From: Stramenopiles sp. TOSAG23-2
Taxonomy: Eukaryota
Reading direction: 5' to 3'
Assembly (NCBI GenBank): GCA_900128395.1
Contig: LT649357.1
Coordinates: 1 to 33,678 of the forward strand
Length of the DNA: 33,678 nucleotides
The notes under the pieces were generated by a model. The model searched no databases. It was given only the letters and a program-made list of their open reading frames with translations, and was not told the DNA's origin. Of this stretch, positions 32,403 to 33,678 are shown in pieces (the first letter of the stretch is position 1; every line of letters begins with the position of its first letter). The position numbers and the translations under genes were made by a program.

Positions 32403-33218
32403 ATGAAAACAACAACAGCCTCATCATCGTATTATACAACCAAACAATTAATAACTGCATTTATCATTTCTATTTTAATATATTGTTATTATTATTTTGA
32501 TTTTTTTATTAGTAATTTTAGTAGTACAAAAAATAATAAGTATTTAATTGAAAAAAACAAACAAATGATGGCGTCAACTACGAAAAATATATTTTTAGTT
32601 GGTGCGACTGGTGGATTAGGGGGGCATGTATTGAAAGGATTGCTTGCTTCTACAAATGTTAATTTGCATATTACTGCTTACGTACGTACGCCATCAAAAT
32701 TAAATGGTGATTTTGGTTCAAATGTAAAGATTGTTCAAGGAGATTTATCTACTATTAATGCAGAGCATATGAAAGATTGTAATATTTTAATTAGTACACA
32801 TAGTTCCGGTGATAATACACGTCATGTTGGATATCAGAATTTGGTTACTGCTGCAAAATTGGCAAATGTCAATCATATCATTGGAGTAGGAGGTGCAGGG
32901 CAATTATTATTACCAAACGGTAAAATCAAACAAACAGATGAAAGTTTTTATCCACAAATGGCACCTGTTACTGAAGATCATGAAAAAGGTCTTCAAGCCG
33001 TAAAAGATTCTGGTATTTCATTTACATGGGTTGCACCACCATATATGCCAAACGATATGGATAGTAGTGGTGGTGTCATTCCAACAAATGACGATTGGAA
33101 CGATAGCAACGTTGTCCCACAAATCGATGTTGCAACATTTATTGTAAACGAAGCAATTGAATCAAAACATGCTGGGCACGTCGTGGCATTAAAAGCATTA
33201 GAGAAAAAAGGAAATTAA
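32403..33218 (+). CDS. NAD(P)-binding Rossmann oxidoreductase (NAD_binding_10, flavin reductase/BLVRB-like) with an N-terminal hydrophobic anchor
   Basis: IFLVGATGGLG, TAYVRTPSKL, VQGD, VGGAGQL, SGISFTWVAPP and DVATFIV. N-terminal LITAFIISILIYCYYYF segment. An alternative start at MMASTT is possible. Confidence 0.87.
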   Translation: MKTTTASSSYYTTKQLITAFIISILIYCYYYFDFFISNFSSTKNNKYLIEKNKQMMASTTKNIFLVGATGGLGGHVLKGLLASTNVNLHITAYVRTPSKLNGDFGSNVKIVQGDLSTINAEHMKDCNILISTHSSGDNTRHVGYQNLVTAAKLANVNHIIGVGGAGQLLLPNGKIKQTDESFYPQMAPVTEDHEKGLQAVKDSGISFTWVAPPYMPNDMDSSGGVIPTNDDWNDSNVVPQIDVATFIVNEAIESKHAGHVVALKALEKKGN

Positions 33219-33678
33219 AAAAAAAAAAAATCATTTTATTTTTGGCCATCATCAAAAATGACCAAAAGTAGTTGTATGATGTACTTATTAATACTTAAAT
33301 TGGGTTTTATAAGTAATACACATCAGAACGAAAGATAGCTACTCATTTTATAGTACTACATACAGGACATCATATATACCGAATAGACTTACAATCATTC
33401 TAGATTTAATATCTATCTATACATGCGGACCGACGAGATCGCACGTGCGCATCATGTCACATAAAATATAAAGAATTTTTCATCCATTTTCACTAACAAT
33501 TTTCGTATACTTATCTGTCGTTTACATAGGTAAAATATAATTAAAGTACAAAAAAGAAACTGAAAAATATAAAAAAAGGGGGGGGGGGAACACAATGATT
33601 TTTCATGTTATGTTTCAATGTTGTAAATTTTCCTTTGTGTGTAGTGTTATTATTATTGTGCTATTATCTATTATAATT

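Overview
AT-rich, gene-dense eukaryotic nuclear DNA with the standard genetic code. It has GT-AG spliceosomal introns (mostly 85-150 nt, CTAAC-type branch points) and many poly-Asn tracts. The gene content (ATAT1, class-2 DYRK, C11orf65/MFI-like) suggests a flagellated protist, possibly a stramenopile; this is inference only. I reconstruct 13 protein-coding genes, five of them spliced and so broken up in the ORF track: a multi-pass membrane protein, a Cys/His-motif membrane protein, a basic low-complexity protein, a phospholipid scramblase, a DUF6632-like bacterial-type membrane protein, TTI1 fused to a METTL21-like methyltransferase, a SMYD, ATAT1, a PWWP-BAH ORC1, a DYRK, an IQ/MFI-like protein, an Ariadne RBR ligase and an NAD(P)-binding oxidoreductase. 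The most notable points are the TTI1-methyltransferase fusion head-to-head with a SMYD, the PWWP domain on ORC1, strict +/- alternation of all 13 genes, an intron-bearing bacterial-type gene, and a duplicated ~183-bp structured element carrying TTAGGG-type sequence. All family calls come from recognising motifs by eye; no database search was run.
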